A stretch of 64,000 nt of DNA from Eubacteriales bacterium. Its GTDB lineage: Bacteria; Bacillota; Clostridia; Oscillospirales; CAG-272. Shown piece by piece: positions 8,687 to 20,871 of this stretch. The stretch covers positions 41,887 to 105,886 of the forward strand of contig JAZQGR010000096.1 of the NCBI GenBank assembly GCA_045540115.1. Reading direction: 5' to 3'. How positions within the stretch are numbered: the stretch's first letter is position 1; every line of letters starts with the position of its first letter. Position numbers and translations under genes: made by a program. The notes beneath the pieces were generated by a model. The model was given only the letters and a program-made list of their open reading frames with translations, did not search any database and was not told where the DNA came from.

Positions 8687-9523
8687 ATGGAATATCAATT
8701 TATACCTGTAAAAAGACTTATAGCCATCGATTGTTTTATGTCATGTTTTGAAAGAAGCATGGAGGAGAATTACGTATTCAACGGAGAGATGCACGATTTT
8801 TGGGAGGTCATGTACGTTGAAGAGGGGCGTTTATGTGTGAGTGCAGACGAGAACGTTATGATCCTGAATGCAAACGATATCATTTTCCATAAACCGATGG
8901 AGCTTCATAAGTTTAATACGGAAGAAAGGTCAAAAATCTTCGTAATATCCTTTATGCTTTCCGGACAGCTCAGAAAAAAGCTTGAAAACAGCTCACTTAC
9001 ATTGTCGGACCGTCAGAGGGAAATGCTTTATGATATCATATCACTTCTTCGGGAAAATTCTGACGAGACCGAGTACAGCTATACTGAATACAGACATATA
9101 ATTGACGGTGATCCTCTTATATGTCAGCAGGTAGCGTCTCTTTGCGAGAATTTCTTTATATCATTGTCCAAGGATAATACTCCGATCGTCGAGCATCCGA
9201 GAAGCTTTGAAACAGAAATGTTCCGTAGCGCTGTTTTGTTAATGGATGAAAATATTTATGATTGGATCAGCGCGGAATTTATAGCGAAGAAGCTTAACGT
9301 CAGCGTTTCATATTTGAAAAAGATATTTTCAAAATACGCGGGGCTCGGAATACATAAATATTTCCTGAAGTCGAAAATCACACTCGCCTGTCGACTGCTA
9401 CGCCGCGGAATGAGCGTTTGCGAGGTGTCGGAAAAGCTTGCATTCAGCAGCCATAACTATTTCAGTACGGTTTTCAAGCGCGAAACGGGAAGGCTTCCTT
9501 CCGAATTTAGAAAAGAAAAATAA
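8687..9523 (+). CDS. AraC family transcriptional regulator
   Basis: Cupin-like N-domain plus a C-terminal double HTH (ISAEFIAKKLNVSVSYLKKIFSKY ... AFSSHNYFSTVFKRETGRLPSEFRK). ATG 8687 follows GGAG; the ORF track starts at 8660. Divergent from the GH109-like gene. Confidence 0.85.
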   Translation: MEYQFIPVKRLIAIDCFMSCFERSMEENYVFNGEMHDFWEVMYVEEGRLCVSADENVMILNANDIIFHKPMELHKFNTEERSKIFVISFMLSGQLRKKLENSSLTLSDRQREMLYDIISLLRENSDETEYSYTEYRHIIDGDPLICQQVASLCENFFISLSKDNTPIVEHPRSFETEMFRSAVLLMDENIYDWISAEFIAKKLNVSVSYLKKIFSKYAGLGIHKYFLKSKITLACRLLRRGMSVCEVSEKLAFSSHNYFSTVFKRETGRLPSEFRKEK

Positions 9524-9539
9524 CAGCCTCTGACGGCTG

Positions 9540-9743
9540 TCATTTGTTCTTCAGCTTTTCAAAAAGGCTATTTACCCTTGATTCTTTTTCTTTGCGAAGA
9601 TCGCTTCGTAAAATGAAGCTTGCTTCGAGTACGTCGCGCTCTTTTATCTCGGGCAGAGAAGATAGCGGTATATTGAATGTGTTTTCACTTTCGTCAATGC
9701 AGATTGCATAAGCACCTTCAATGCGGTCAACTGTAAGAATAAT
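9540..9743 (-). CDS. DUF3006-like small protein; no canonical start codon (possible ATT start) or a decayed gene
   Basis: Not in the ORF track. The frame reads IILTVDRIEGAYAICIDESENTFNIPLSSLPEIKERDVLEASFILRSDLRKEKESRVNSLFEKLKNK*. An in-frame TGA lies at 9752-9750. GGGAG sits 9 nt upstream of ATT 9743. There is no ATG/GTG/TTG in the frame. Confidence 0.45.
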   Translation of the reverse strand: MILTVDRIEGAYAICIDESENTFNIPLSSLPEIKERDVLEASFILRSDLRKEKESRVNSLFEKLKNK

Positions 9744-9835
9744 ATGCCTTCACTCCCTTGAAAAAATATAAATAATATGTTATAATAATATTATATCAGC
9801 GATTTATTTGATTGTCAATAATCATGAGGCGGTAA

Positions 9836-11803
<1,968 letters not shown>

Positions 11804-11804
11804 G

Positions 11805-13091
11805 GTGATATTCGTGATTACAGATTACGTAAAGGTTTACGTGAAGGCAGGTAACGGCGGCAACGGCGCGGTCAGCTTTCACAGAGAAAAATACGTTTCC
11901 CACGGCGGTCCCGATGGCGGTGACGGCGGACACGGCGGAAACATCATTCTTCGTATTGAAAACGGAGACAATACGCTTTTAAAATACAAATACCGTCATA
12001 AGTTTGTCGCAGAAAACGGTGGCAACGGTATGACGAACAAGCTACACGGTGCAAACGGTGAGGATATTATCCTTCCCGTTCCCCCCGGAACGGTCGTCAA
12101 GGACGCCGAAAGTGGCAGAATCATCGTCGATATGTCTGAGCGCGATGATTTCATCCTTTGTAAGGGCGGTAAAGGCGGCTGGGGTAACAGACACTTTGCA
12201 ACGCCGACAAGACAGATCCCGCGTTTTGCGAAAAGCGGACTTAAAGGCGAAGAGAAAGAGGTCATATTCGAGCTTAAAATGCTTGCGGACGTCGCTCTCA
12301 TAGGTCTGCCGAACGTTGGCAAGTCCTCGCTTCTTTCAGCCATCAGCGCCGCTACTCCTAAAATTGCAGATTACGATTTTACAACCCTCTCTCCCAATCT
12401 TGGTGTGGTAAAGGTTGACGGCGGTAAGGGCTTTGTATGTGCCGATATTCCCGGACTTATCGAGGGTGCATCAGACGGTAAAGGTCTCGGTCACAGCTTT
12501 TTGCGCCATATAGACAGATGCAGAGTAATGCTTCACCTCGTCGACGTGGATGCCGACTGCGAGCGCGATCCAAGGGATGATATTGAGCTTATCAACCGTG
12601 AGCTTGAGCAGTACAGCCCCGAGCTTGCAACACGTCCACAGATCATAGTTGGAAACAAGTATGATTCGTCTCTTGCAGAGTATAACGAGCACGTAAGTGA
12701 TCTTAAAGAATACTGTAAAGAAAGAGGGCTGACTCTTTTCTTCATTTCAGCATTGACGGGAGAAAACGTAAAAGAGCTTATAAAGCACGTTTCCCGTATG
12801 CTTAACGACCTTCCGCCTCTTACGATATTCGAGCCGGATTATTTTGAAGAAGAGGTTGACGACGATGAATTTGACGAGCTTGAGATCTATCGCGACGGCA
12901 AGGTATACGTTTGCGAATCTGAGTGGCTCTGGCGTCTTGTCGGACGAGTCAATTTTGAGGACAGAGATTCCCTTAACTACTTCCAGAGAATGCTCCGCTT
13001 GAACGGAATTATAGAAAAGCTCGAGGAAGCCGGAGTAACGGACGGTGACACAGTCCGTATGTACGACTTTGAATTTGACTTCGTTAAGTAA
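11805..13091 (+). CDS. obg: GTPase Obg/CgtA
   Basis: Glycine-rich Obg fold (KAGNGGNGAVSFHREKYVSHGGPDGGDGGHGG), G1 GLPNVGKSS, C-terminal OCT domain. GTG 11805 starts 1 nt after the ligA stop. An alternative GTG at 11814 has better GAGGTG spacing. Confidence 0.93.
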   Translation: MIFVITDYVKVYVKAGNGGNGAVSFHREKYVSHGGPDGGDGGHGGNIILRIENGDNTLLKYKYRHKFVAENGGNGMTNKLHGANGEDIILPVPPGTVVKDAESGRIIVDMSERDDFILCKGGKGGWGNRHFATPTRQIPRFAKSGLKGEEKEVIFELKMLADVALIGLPNVGKSSLLSAISAATPKIADYDFTTLSPNLGVVKVDGGKGFVCADIPGLIEGASDGKGLGHSFLRHIDRCRVMLHLVDVDADCERDPRDDIELINRELEQYSPELATRPQIIVGNKYDSSLAEYNEHVSDLKEYCKERGLTLFFISALTGENVKELIKHVSRMLNDLPPLTIFEPDYFEEEVDDDEFDELEIYRDGKVYVCESEWLWRLVGRVNFEDRDSLNYFQRMLRLNGIIEKLEEAGVTDGDTVRMYDFEFDFVK

Positions 13092-13150
13092 CCTAAACGG
13101 TGTTTTCCTTCATAAAATGTAAAAGAAATGTAAACATGAATGGAAAATAC

Positions 13151-13179
13151 TTGAAATTTTATATACCCGCTATTATAAT
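13151..13179 (+). promoter_or_regulatory. sigma-A-type promoter of groES-groEL
   Basis: TTGAAA 13151-13156, 17-nt spacer, TATAAT 13174-13179. Confidence 0.7.
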
Positions 13180-13191
13180 CATCATTGAGCG

Positions 13192-15175
<1,984 letters not shown>

Positions 15176-15186
15176 TAATTTCAAAA

Positions 15187-15217
15187 ATAAACCGCATTTT
15201 TGCGGTTTATTTTTTTA
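15187..15217 (+). terminator. rho-independent terminator after groEL
   Basis: ATAAACCGCA / TGCGGTTTAT stem, TTTT loop, T-run. Confidence 0.85.
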
Positions 15218-15284
15218 TTTCTACTTCCTTTTTTGCTCTTTATATGATATAATAAAAAGGTTAAAATCATAATTGGAGATAATT

Positions 15285-16997
15285 ATGCTTAAATTACTCA
15301 AAAATATGAAGGGATACGGCAAGGAATGCGTCCTCGGACCGCTTCTTAAGCTGATGGAAGCGCTCATCGAGCTGTTCATTCCGTACGTCGTTCTCAATAT
15401 GATAAATAACGGTATCGAAAAGAGCAATGGCAGTTATATCGTATGGTCGGCATTGCTTCTTGTAGCAATGGGACTTATTGGACTTACGCTTTCGATAACC
15501 GCACAGTATTTTTCAGCGAAGGCGGCAGTTGGCTTCACTGCAAGAGTAAGGGAAAAGCTGTTTGCACATATTCAGAAGCTTTCGTATAAGGATATTGACA
15601 AGATCGGTAAGTCAACGCTTATCAATCGCCTGACAAGTGATATGAATCAGGTTCAGACAGGCGTTAATCTTGCTCTGCGCCTTTTCCTTCGTTCACCCTT
15701 CATCGTTTTCGGTGCAGCGATTATGGCGTTCACAGTCAGCCCCGAGGCATCAACGGTATTCCTTTATGCTATACCGCTTCTTGCCGTCGTTGTTTTCACA
15801 ATTATGCTTGTTACTATTCCTTTGTATAAAAGAGTTCAGTACCGCCTTGACGGTATAACAGCTAAAACTCGTGAAAATCTCAACGGTGCGCGTATGCTCC
15901 GTGCACTTGTAAAAGAAGATGACGAGGTAGTATCGTTTAACGAAAAGAACGGCGAGCTCAACCAAGCACAAAAGTTTGTAGGTAAGATCTCGTCGCTTAT
16001 GAACCCGATGACATTCGTCATCATTAATATCGCGATCGCTCTTCTTATCTATAAAGGCGGACTCCGCGTTGAGGCCGGACTTCTTTCTCAGGCTGCAGTA
16101 GTTGCCCTCTACAACTATATGGCACAGATCCTGGTCGAGCTTATCAAGCTTGCGAATCTTATCATTACGATAACAAAAGCAGTCGCTTGTGGTAAACGCG
16201 TTCAGGCTGTACTTGATGTTCAGCCGTCAGTGGTTAAGTTTGAGCTGACAAACGAAACTTCCGATTCATTCATTGAGTTCAAAAACGTTTCGTTCAAGTA
16301 TTTAAATGGCGGCGATTATGCTCTTTATAACGTTAATTTCACAGCTGAGAAAGGTGAGACCATCGGAATTATCGGCGGTACCGGTTCGGGCAAATCAACG
16401 CTTATCAACTTACTTTGCCGTTTTTACGATGCAACAAAGGGAGCGGTTCTGCTTCACGGCAAGGATGTTAGGGGAATGTCGGGGTCTGAAATTCTGTCTT
16501 TAATCGGCATTGTTCCTCAGAAATCCGAGCTCTTTGCAGGAACGATAAAGAGCAACGTCCTCTTTGGTAACAAAAACGCGACTGATAACGAAATATACGA
16601 AGCACTTGATTGTGCAGTTGCCTCCGAGTTCGTAAATAAGCTCGAAAAGGGAATCGATCACCCCGTTGAGCAGTACGGACGGAATCTTTCGGGAGGTCAG
16701 AAGCAGCGGATTACGCTTGCCCGCGCACTTGTAAAGCGCCCCGAGATATTGATCCTTGACGATAGCTCATCGGCTCTTGATTATCTTACTGATCTTAAGC
16801 TACGCCGAAATATCGCGTCACTTGATTATAATCCAACCGTATTTATAGTGTCTCAGAGATTCTCATCAATTAAGGATGCGGACAAGATACTCGTTCTCGA
16901 TGAAGGAGCGATCGTCGGAATCGGCAAGCACGACGAACTTTACGAAAATAATGAGCTCTACCGAGAGATCTGCGTTTCGCAGACGAAGAATGCATGA
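15285..16997 (+). CDS. ABC exporter subunit (permease + degenerate ATPase half of a heterodimer)
   Basis: ATG 15285 follows GGAG. Walker A GGTGSGKST and signature LSGGQKQR are present. Walker B ends ILILDD (Asp instead of the catalytic Glu), and the H-loop position reads FIVSQR (Gln instead of His). Confidence 0.9.
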   Translation: MLKLLKNMKGYGKECVLGPLLKLMEALIELFIPYVVLNMINNGIEKSNGSYIVWSALLLVAMGLIGLTLSITAQYFSAKAAVGFTARVREKLFAHIQKLSYKDIDKIGKSTLINRLTSDMNQVQTGVNLALRLFLRSPFIVFGAAIMAFTVSPEASTVFLYAIPLLAVVVFTIMLVTIPLYKRVQYRLDGITAKTRENLNGARMLRALVKEDDEVVSFNEKNGELNQAQKFVGKISSLMNPMTFVIINIAIALLIYKGGLRVEAGLLSQAAVVALYNYMAQILVELIKLANLIITITKAVACGKRVQAVLDVQPSVVKFELTNETSDSFIEFKNVSFKYLNGGDYALYNVNFTAEKGETIGIIGGTGSGKSTLINLLCRFYDATKGAVLLHGKDVRGMSGSEILSLIGIVPQKSELFAGTIKSNVLFGNKNATDNEIYEALDCAVASEFVNKLEKGIDHPVEQYGRNLSGGQKQRITLARALVKRPEILILDDSSSALDYLTDLKLRRNIASLDYNPTVFIVSQRFSSIKDADKILVLDEGAIVGIGKHDELYENNELYREICVSQTKNA

Positions 16998-17007
16998 GGT
17001 GACTGAT

Positions 17008-18768
17008 ATGAAGAAGAAAATCACATCCTCATCTCTTAAGCGTTCGCTTACCTACGTAAAGCGCTATAAGCTGCTCGTGGCTCTGACACTATTTCTTGCA
17101 ACCGTTTACGTTGCCTCCTCGCTTATTATTCCGATTATAATCGGTAAAGCTATCGATCTTATGATTACGGGTACTCTGTTTATCGACAAGGTTGCAAAGT
17201 TACTTGGAATCACGGCGATGGTTGCTGTCATTGGCGGTATTGCTCAGTGGCTTATGAGTGTAATAAACAACAGAATAACATACAACGTTATCCGCGATAT
17301 GCGTAACGACGCATTTGCGAAGATTCAGCGTCTGCCTATATCATATTTAGACAAACACTCTGTCGGAGACACGTTAAGCCGTATCATTGCAGATGTTGAG
17401 CAATTTTCCGACGGTATGCTTATGGGCTTTACACAGCTCTTTACAGGCGTTCTGACCATCGTCGCTACGCTTGTCTTTATGCTTGTTCTCAACCCTGTAA
17501 TCGCCGTTGTGGTGTTCCTTCTTACGCCTCTTTCGCTCTTTATTGCATCCTTCATTACGAAGCGCACGCAAAAGTTCTTTGCACAGCAGGCGAAGACACG
17601 AGGAGAGCAGACCGATTATATCAATGAAACCGTTGAGAATATCAAAACCGTCAAGGCATTTAACCGCGAGGGCGATGTGTCCGACAGATTCATAGAAATA
17701 AACCGCCGTCTTGAAAAAAGCGCGCTCAACGCTACGTTCTTTTCCTCACTCGTTAATCCGACAACGCGATTTGTCAACTCGGTCGTATATGCAGCAGTTG
17801 CGTGTGTCGGCTCGCTTTTCGCTGCCGGAATATTTGGCTTCAGCGCCATCGTAATTACAGTCGGTGAGCTTTCAACGTTCCTTCAGTACGTTAATCAGTA
17901 CACGAAGCCGTTTAACGAAATTTCCGGTGTATATGCCGAGCTTCAGAATGCGCTTTCCTGCGCTGACAGATTTTTCGAGTTTATGTCTGAACCTGATGAG
18001 ATCCCCGATTCACCGAACGCTGTTGTCCTGAATAATGTAATGGGGAATATTGAAGCGAAGGGCGTCAAGTTTTCCTATGATCCCGAAAAGCCGCTGATTA
18101 CCGATTTCAACGTAGACGTCAAGAGTGGTATGAAGATCGCGATCGTCGGTCCGACTGGTTGCGGAAAGACGACCTTTATAAATCTGCTTCTTCGTTTTTA
18201 CGACGTGAATTATGGCTCCATAAAGGTCGACGGACACGATATAAGAGAGATTACCCGCAAATCGCTCCGCGAAAACTACGGAATGGTTCTTCAGGAGACG
18301 TGGCTTAAGGCGGGAACTGTTCGTGAAAATCTTAAACTCGGACGTCCCGATGCGACTGATGAAGAGATGATAAATGCAGCTAAGCGCGTGCATTGTCACG
18401 GCTTTATCTCACGAATGGAGAACGGATATGACACAATAATAGAGGAAAACGGCGGAGAGCTATCGGGTGGACAGAAGCAGCTTCTTTGCATTGCGCGCGC
18501 GATGATATCGAATCCTCCCATTCTTGTCCTCGACGAGGCTACCTCGTCTATTGACACGAGAACCGAGCTGCGCGTTCAGAGAGCGATGAAGGATCTTATG
18601 GACGGAAGGACATCTTTTGTAGTTGCACACCGTCTCTCGACAATTAAGGAAGTAGACCTTATCCTTGTAATGAAGGACGGTAATATTATAGAGCAGGGAA
18701 GCCACGCTGAGCTGATAAATAAAGACGGCTTCTATGCCGAGCTGTTTGAAAGTCAATTTTCTCATTAA
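17008..18768 (+). CDS. ABC exporter subunit (permease + consensus ATPase half)
   Basis: ATG 17008 follows GAGGTG, 11 nt after the upstream stop. Walker A GPTGCGKTT, LSGGQKQL, Walker B ILVLDEATS, H-loop VVAHRLST. The ORF-track start at 16876 overlaps the previous gene. Confidence 0.9.
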   Translation: MKKKITSSSLKRSLTYVKRYKLLVALTLFLATVYVASSLIIPIIIGKAIDLMITGTLFIDKVAKLLGITAMVAVIGGIAQWLMSVINNRITYNVIRDMRNDAFAKIQRLPISYLDKHSVGDTLSRIIADVEQFSDGMLMGFTQLFTGVLTIVATLVFMLVLNPVIAVVVFLLTPLSLFIASFITKRTQKFFAQQAKTRGEQTDYINETVENIKTVKAFNREGDVSDRFIEINRRLEKSALNATFFSSLVNPTTRFVNSVVYAAVACVGSLFAAGIFGFSAIVITVGELSTFLQYVNQYTKPFNEISGVYAELQNALSCADRFFEFMSEPDEIPDSPNAVVLNNVMGNIEAKGVKFSYDPEKPLITDFNVDVKSGMKIAIVGPTGCGKTTFINLLLRFYDVNYGSIKVDGHDIREITRKSLRENYGMVLQETWLKAGTVRENLKLGRPDATDEEMINAAKRVHCHGFISRMENGYDTIIEENGGELSGGQKQLLCIARAMISNPPILVLDEATSSIDTRTELRVQRAMKDLMDGRTSFVVAHRLSTIKEVDLILVMKDGNIIEQGSHAELINKDGFYAELFESQFSH

Positions 18769-18785
18769 AATTTTTCAGAATAGTA

Positions 18786-18814
18786 TTGACTTTAGCGCTT
18801 TACTATGCTAAAAT
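18786..18814 (+). promoter_or_regulatory. sigma-A-type promoter of the his operon with an embedded inverted repeat (candidate HisR operator)
   Basis: TTGACT 18786-18791, 17-nt spacer, TAAAAT 18809-18814. Inverted repeat TTTAGC (18791-18796) N10 GCTAAA (18807-18812). Confidence 0.5.
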
Positions 18815-18842
18815 GTTACTATCTTGTTTTTTAGGAGCAATA

Positions 18843-19127
18843 ATGAAGAGAATCAGAAACGATGAGACGGATGCGCTCTTTGAAGCGATACTGTCTCTTA
18901 AGGATATTGATGAGTGCCGCAATTTCTTTGACGATCTTTGCACTCGAAAGGAGCTTTCCGATATGTCACAGCGTCTGACTGTCGCGAAAATGCTTCTTAA
19001 CGACGATAAATATCTCGATATTACCGATAAAACTGGCGCAAGCTCCGCAACGATCAGCCGAGTAGGCCGTTGCATAGCAAATGATGACAGCGGTTATCTA
19101 AAAGTTTTAACCAAGAACGGAAAGTAA
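18843..19127 (+). CDS. TrpR-like YerC/YecD family protein, putative histidine-operon repressor (HisR)
   Basis: ATG 18843 follows AGGAG. Strong similarity by eye to B. subtilis YerC (LFEAILSLKD, MSQRLTVAKML, DKTGASSATISRV). The stop is 3 nt before hisZ. Confidence 0.75.
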   Translation: MKRIRNDETDALFEAILSLKDIDECRNFFDDLCTRKELSDMSQRLTVAKMLLNDDKYLDITDKTGASSATISRVGRCIANDDSGYLKVLTKNGK

Positions 19128-19130
19128 GTT

Positions 19131-20246
19131 ATGGATTTTAATATTGATCTTAAAAGCTTCAGAGCTGATGAGCGAATGGCGTTAACACTTCGCTCGATGT
19201 ACGAAAGCTACGGCTACCGCCCGTATAAGATGAGCAAATTTGAGGAATACGAGCTATATTCGTCAAATATTGATTTCCTTGGTGGCGGAGGTGTCCTTAC
19301 CTTTACAGACATGAACGGGAAGCTTATGGCTCTCAAGCCTGACGTTACTCTTTCCATTGTTAAAAATTCAAAGGGATGCGCAGGCACACAGAAGGTTCAT
19401 TACCGTGAAAACGTTTATCGCCGCGGAGCAAATGGCGGCTTCAAGGAAATGCTTCAGAGCGGTATAGAATGTATTGGAAATATCGGATCGGTTGAAACTC
19501 TGGAAGTACTTCTTCTTGCGCTCAAGAGCCTTGCAGCGACAGATCGCGCATTCCGCCTTGACATATCTCACATAGGCGTTCTTTCCGCTCTTATCGGGGA
19601 TAACGTTTCAAATGATCTGAGGGACGAGCTGTTTACGTGCATCAAGAGAAAAAATGCCGACGGTATTATCGAGCTTGCTTCTGCAAATTCTCTCGATATT
19701 GAGCGTTTTGAGGCTCTCTCATACGCCGTTTCTCTTAACGGAAACGCTTTTGAAGTTATTGATTCCCTCAAAAAGATTCCTTATCTTTCGTTATGTGAAG
19801 GGCTTGATGAGTTGACAACGATCGTTACAGCCCTGAGCTCTCTTGGATATCAGGATAACGTTGGTATCGACCTTTCGGTAGTAAATGATATGAATTATTA
19901 CCGCTCACTTATCTTCCGCGGATATATTGACTGTGTTCCGGAGGGAATACTATTTGGCGGCAGATACGATGATCTCGTAAAAAAGATGGGACGAGATTGC
20001 GGAGCTCTTGGATTCGCTGTCGTTCTCGATCATCTTCAGGATCTTACAAAAGTTGATTTTGGTGATGACAACGTTTTGCTCGTCTATTCCGATAACGTAT
20101 CGTCCGCTGAGGTCATCAAGGCTTCCGATTCGCTTCGCAACAGAGGCTGTTTGGTTGAGATAACGTCAGATAGAGGCAAAGCAGTTGATTATAAAAAAGT
20201 GTATTACATCACGCCCGATGGCATAACGGAGGAAACCAATGCTTAA
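19131..20246 (+). CDS. hisZ: ATP phosphoribosyltransferase regulatory subunit (HisRS paralogue)
   Basis: 371-aa class-II aaRS-like protein directly upstream of, and overlapping, the short-form hisG. Confidence 0.88.
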   Translation: MDFNIDLKSFRADERMALTLRSMYESYGYRPYKMSKFEEYELYSSNIDFLGGGGVLTFTDMNGKLMALKPDVTLSIVKNSKGCAGTQKVHYRENVYRRGANGGFKEMLQSGIECIGNIGSVETLEVLLLALKSLAATDRAFRLDISHIGVLSALIGDNVSNDLRDELFTCIKRKNADGIIELASANSLDIERFEALSYAVSLNGNAFEVIDSLKKIPYLSLCEGLDELTTIVTALSSLGYQDNVGIDLSVVNDMNYYRSLIFRGYIDCVPEGILFGGRYDDLVKKMGRDCGALGFAVVLDHLQDLTKVDFGDDNVLLVYSDNVSSAEVIKASDSLRNRGCLVEITSDRGKAVDYKKVYYITPDGITEETNA

Positions 20247-20868
20247 CATAGCTCTTCCAAAAGGAAGACTCGGTGAAAAGGTATATAAAATATTTGAAGA
20301 AGCAGGATACGAGTGTCCCTCGGTTCTTTCAAACAGCCGTAAGCTGATATTTGAAAACGAGAAGATGGGCGTTCGGTATTTCTGGGTTAAGCCGTCAGAC
20401 GTTGCGATCTACGTTGAGCGCGGTGCGGCAGATATAGGCGTTGCGGGCAAGGATATTATCGAAGAATATTCGCCCGACGTCTATGAGCTTCTTGATCTTA
20501 ATATGGGTAAATGCCGAATGGCAGTTGCGGCACCGAAGTCCTTCAAGGATGATCCTAACAGAACTCTTCGTGCGGCGACCAAGTTCAAGAATATTGCCTC
20601 TAAGTATTACGCTTCGCAGTCGCGAGACATTGATATAATCGAGCTTAACGGCTCGATTGAGATCGCGCCGATTCTCGGTCTTTCCGATGTTATCGTTGAT
20701 ATCGTTGAAACAGGCACGACGCTTAAGGAGAATGATCTTGAGGTAATTGCCGACATTATGCGAATCAGCGCTCGTCTGATTTCAAATCAGACTTCATTTC
20801 GTTTTAAAAATGCAGAGATCGCCGCACTGAGGAAAGCGGTTGCAGAGGTTATTTCCTCCAAGGAGTAA
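20239..20868 (+). CDS. hisG: ATP phosphoribosyltransferase, short form
   Basis: 209 aa, MLNIALPKGRL..., DIVETGTTLKEN motif. 8-nt overlap with hisZ. Confidence 0.93.
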   Translation: MLNIALPKGRLGEKVYKIFEEAGYECPSVLSNSRKLIFENEKMGVRYFWVKPSDVAIYVERGAADIGVAGKDIIEEYSPDVYELLDLNMGKCRMAVAAPKSFKDDPNRTLRAATKFKNIASKYYASQSRDIDIIELNGSIEIAPILGLSDVIVDIVETGTTLKENDLEVIADIMRISARLISNQTSFRFKNAEIAALRKAVAEVISSKE

Positions 20869-20871
20869 ACA

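Noticed and set aside
16876-17007. N-terminal extension of the second ABC exporter gene in the ORF track (start 16876, overlapping the first gene by 122 nt).
   Set aside because: The extension has no RBS and encodes a non-hydrophobic, Ser/Arg-rich sequence inside the upstream NBD coding region. ATG 17008 follows GAGGTG and gives a normal N-terminus.
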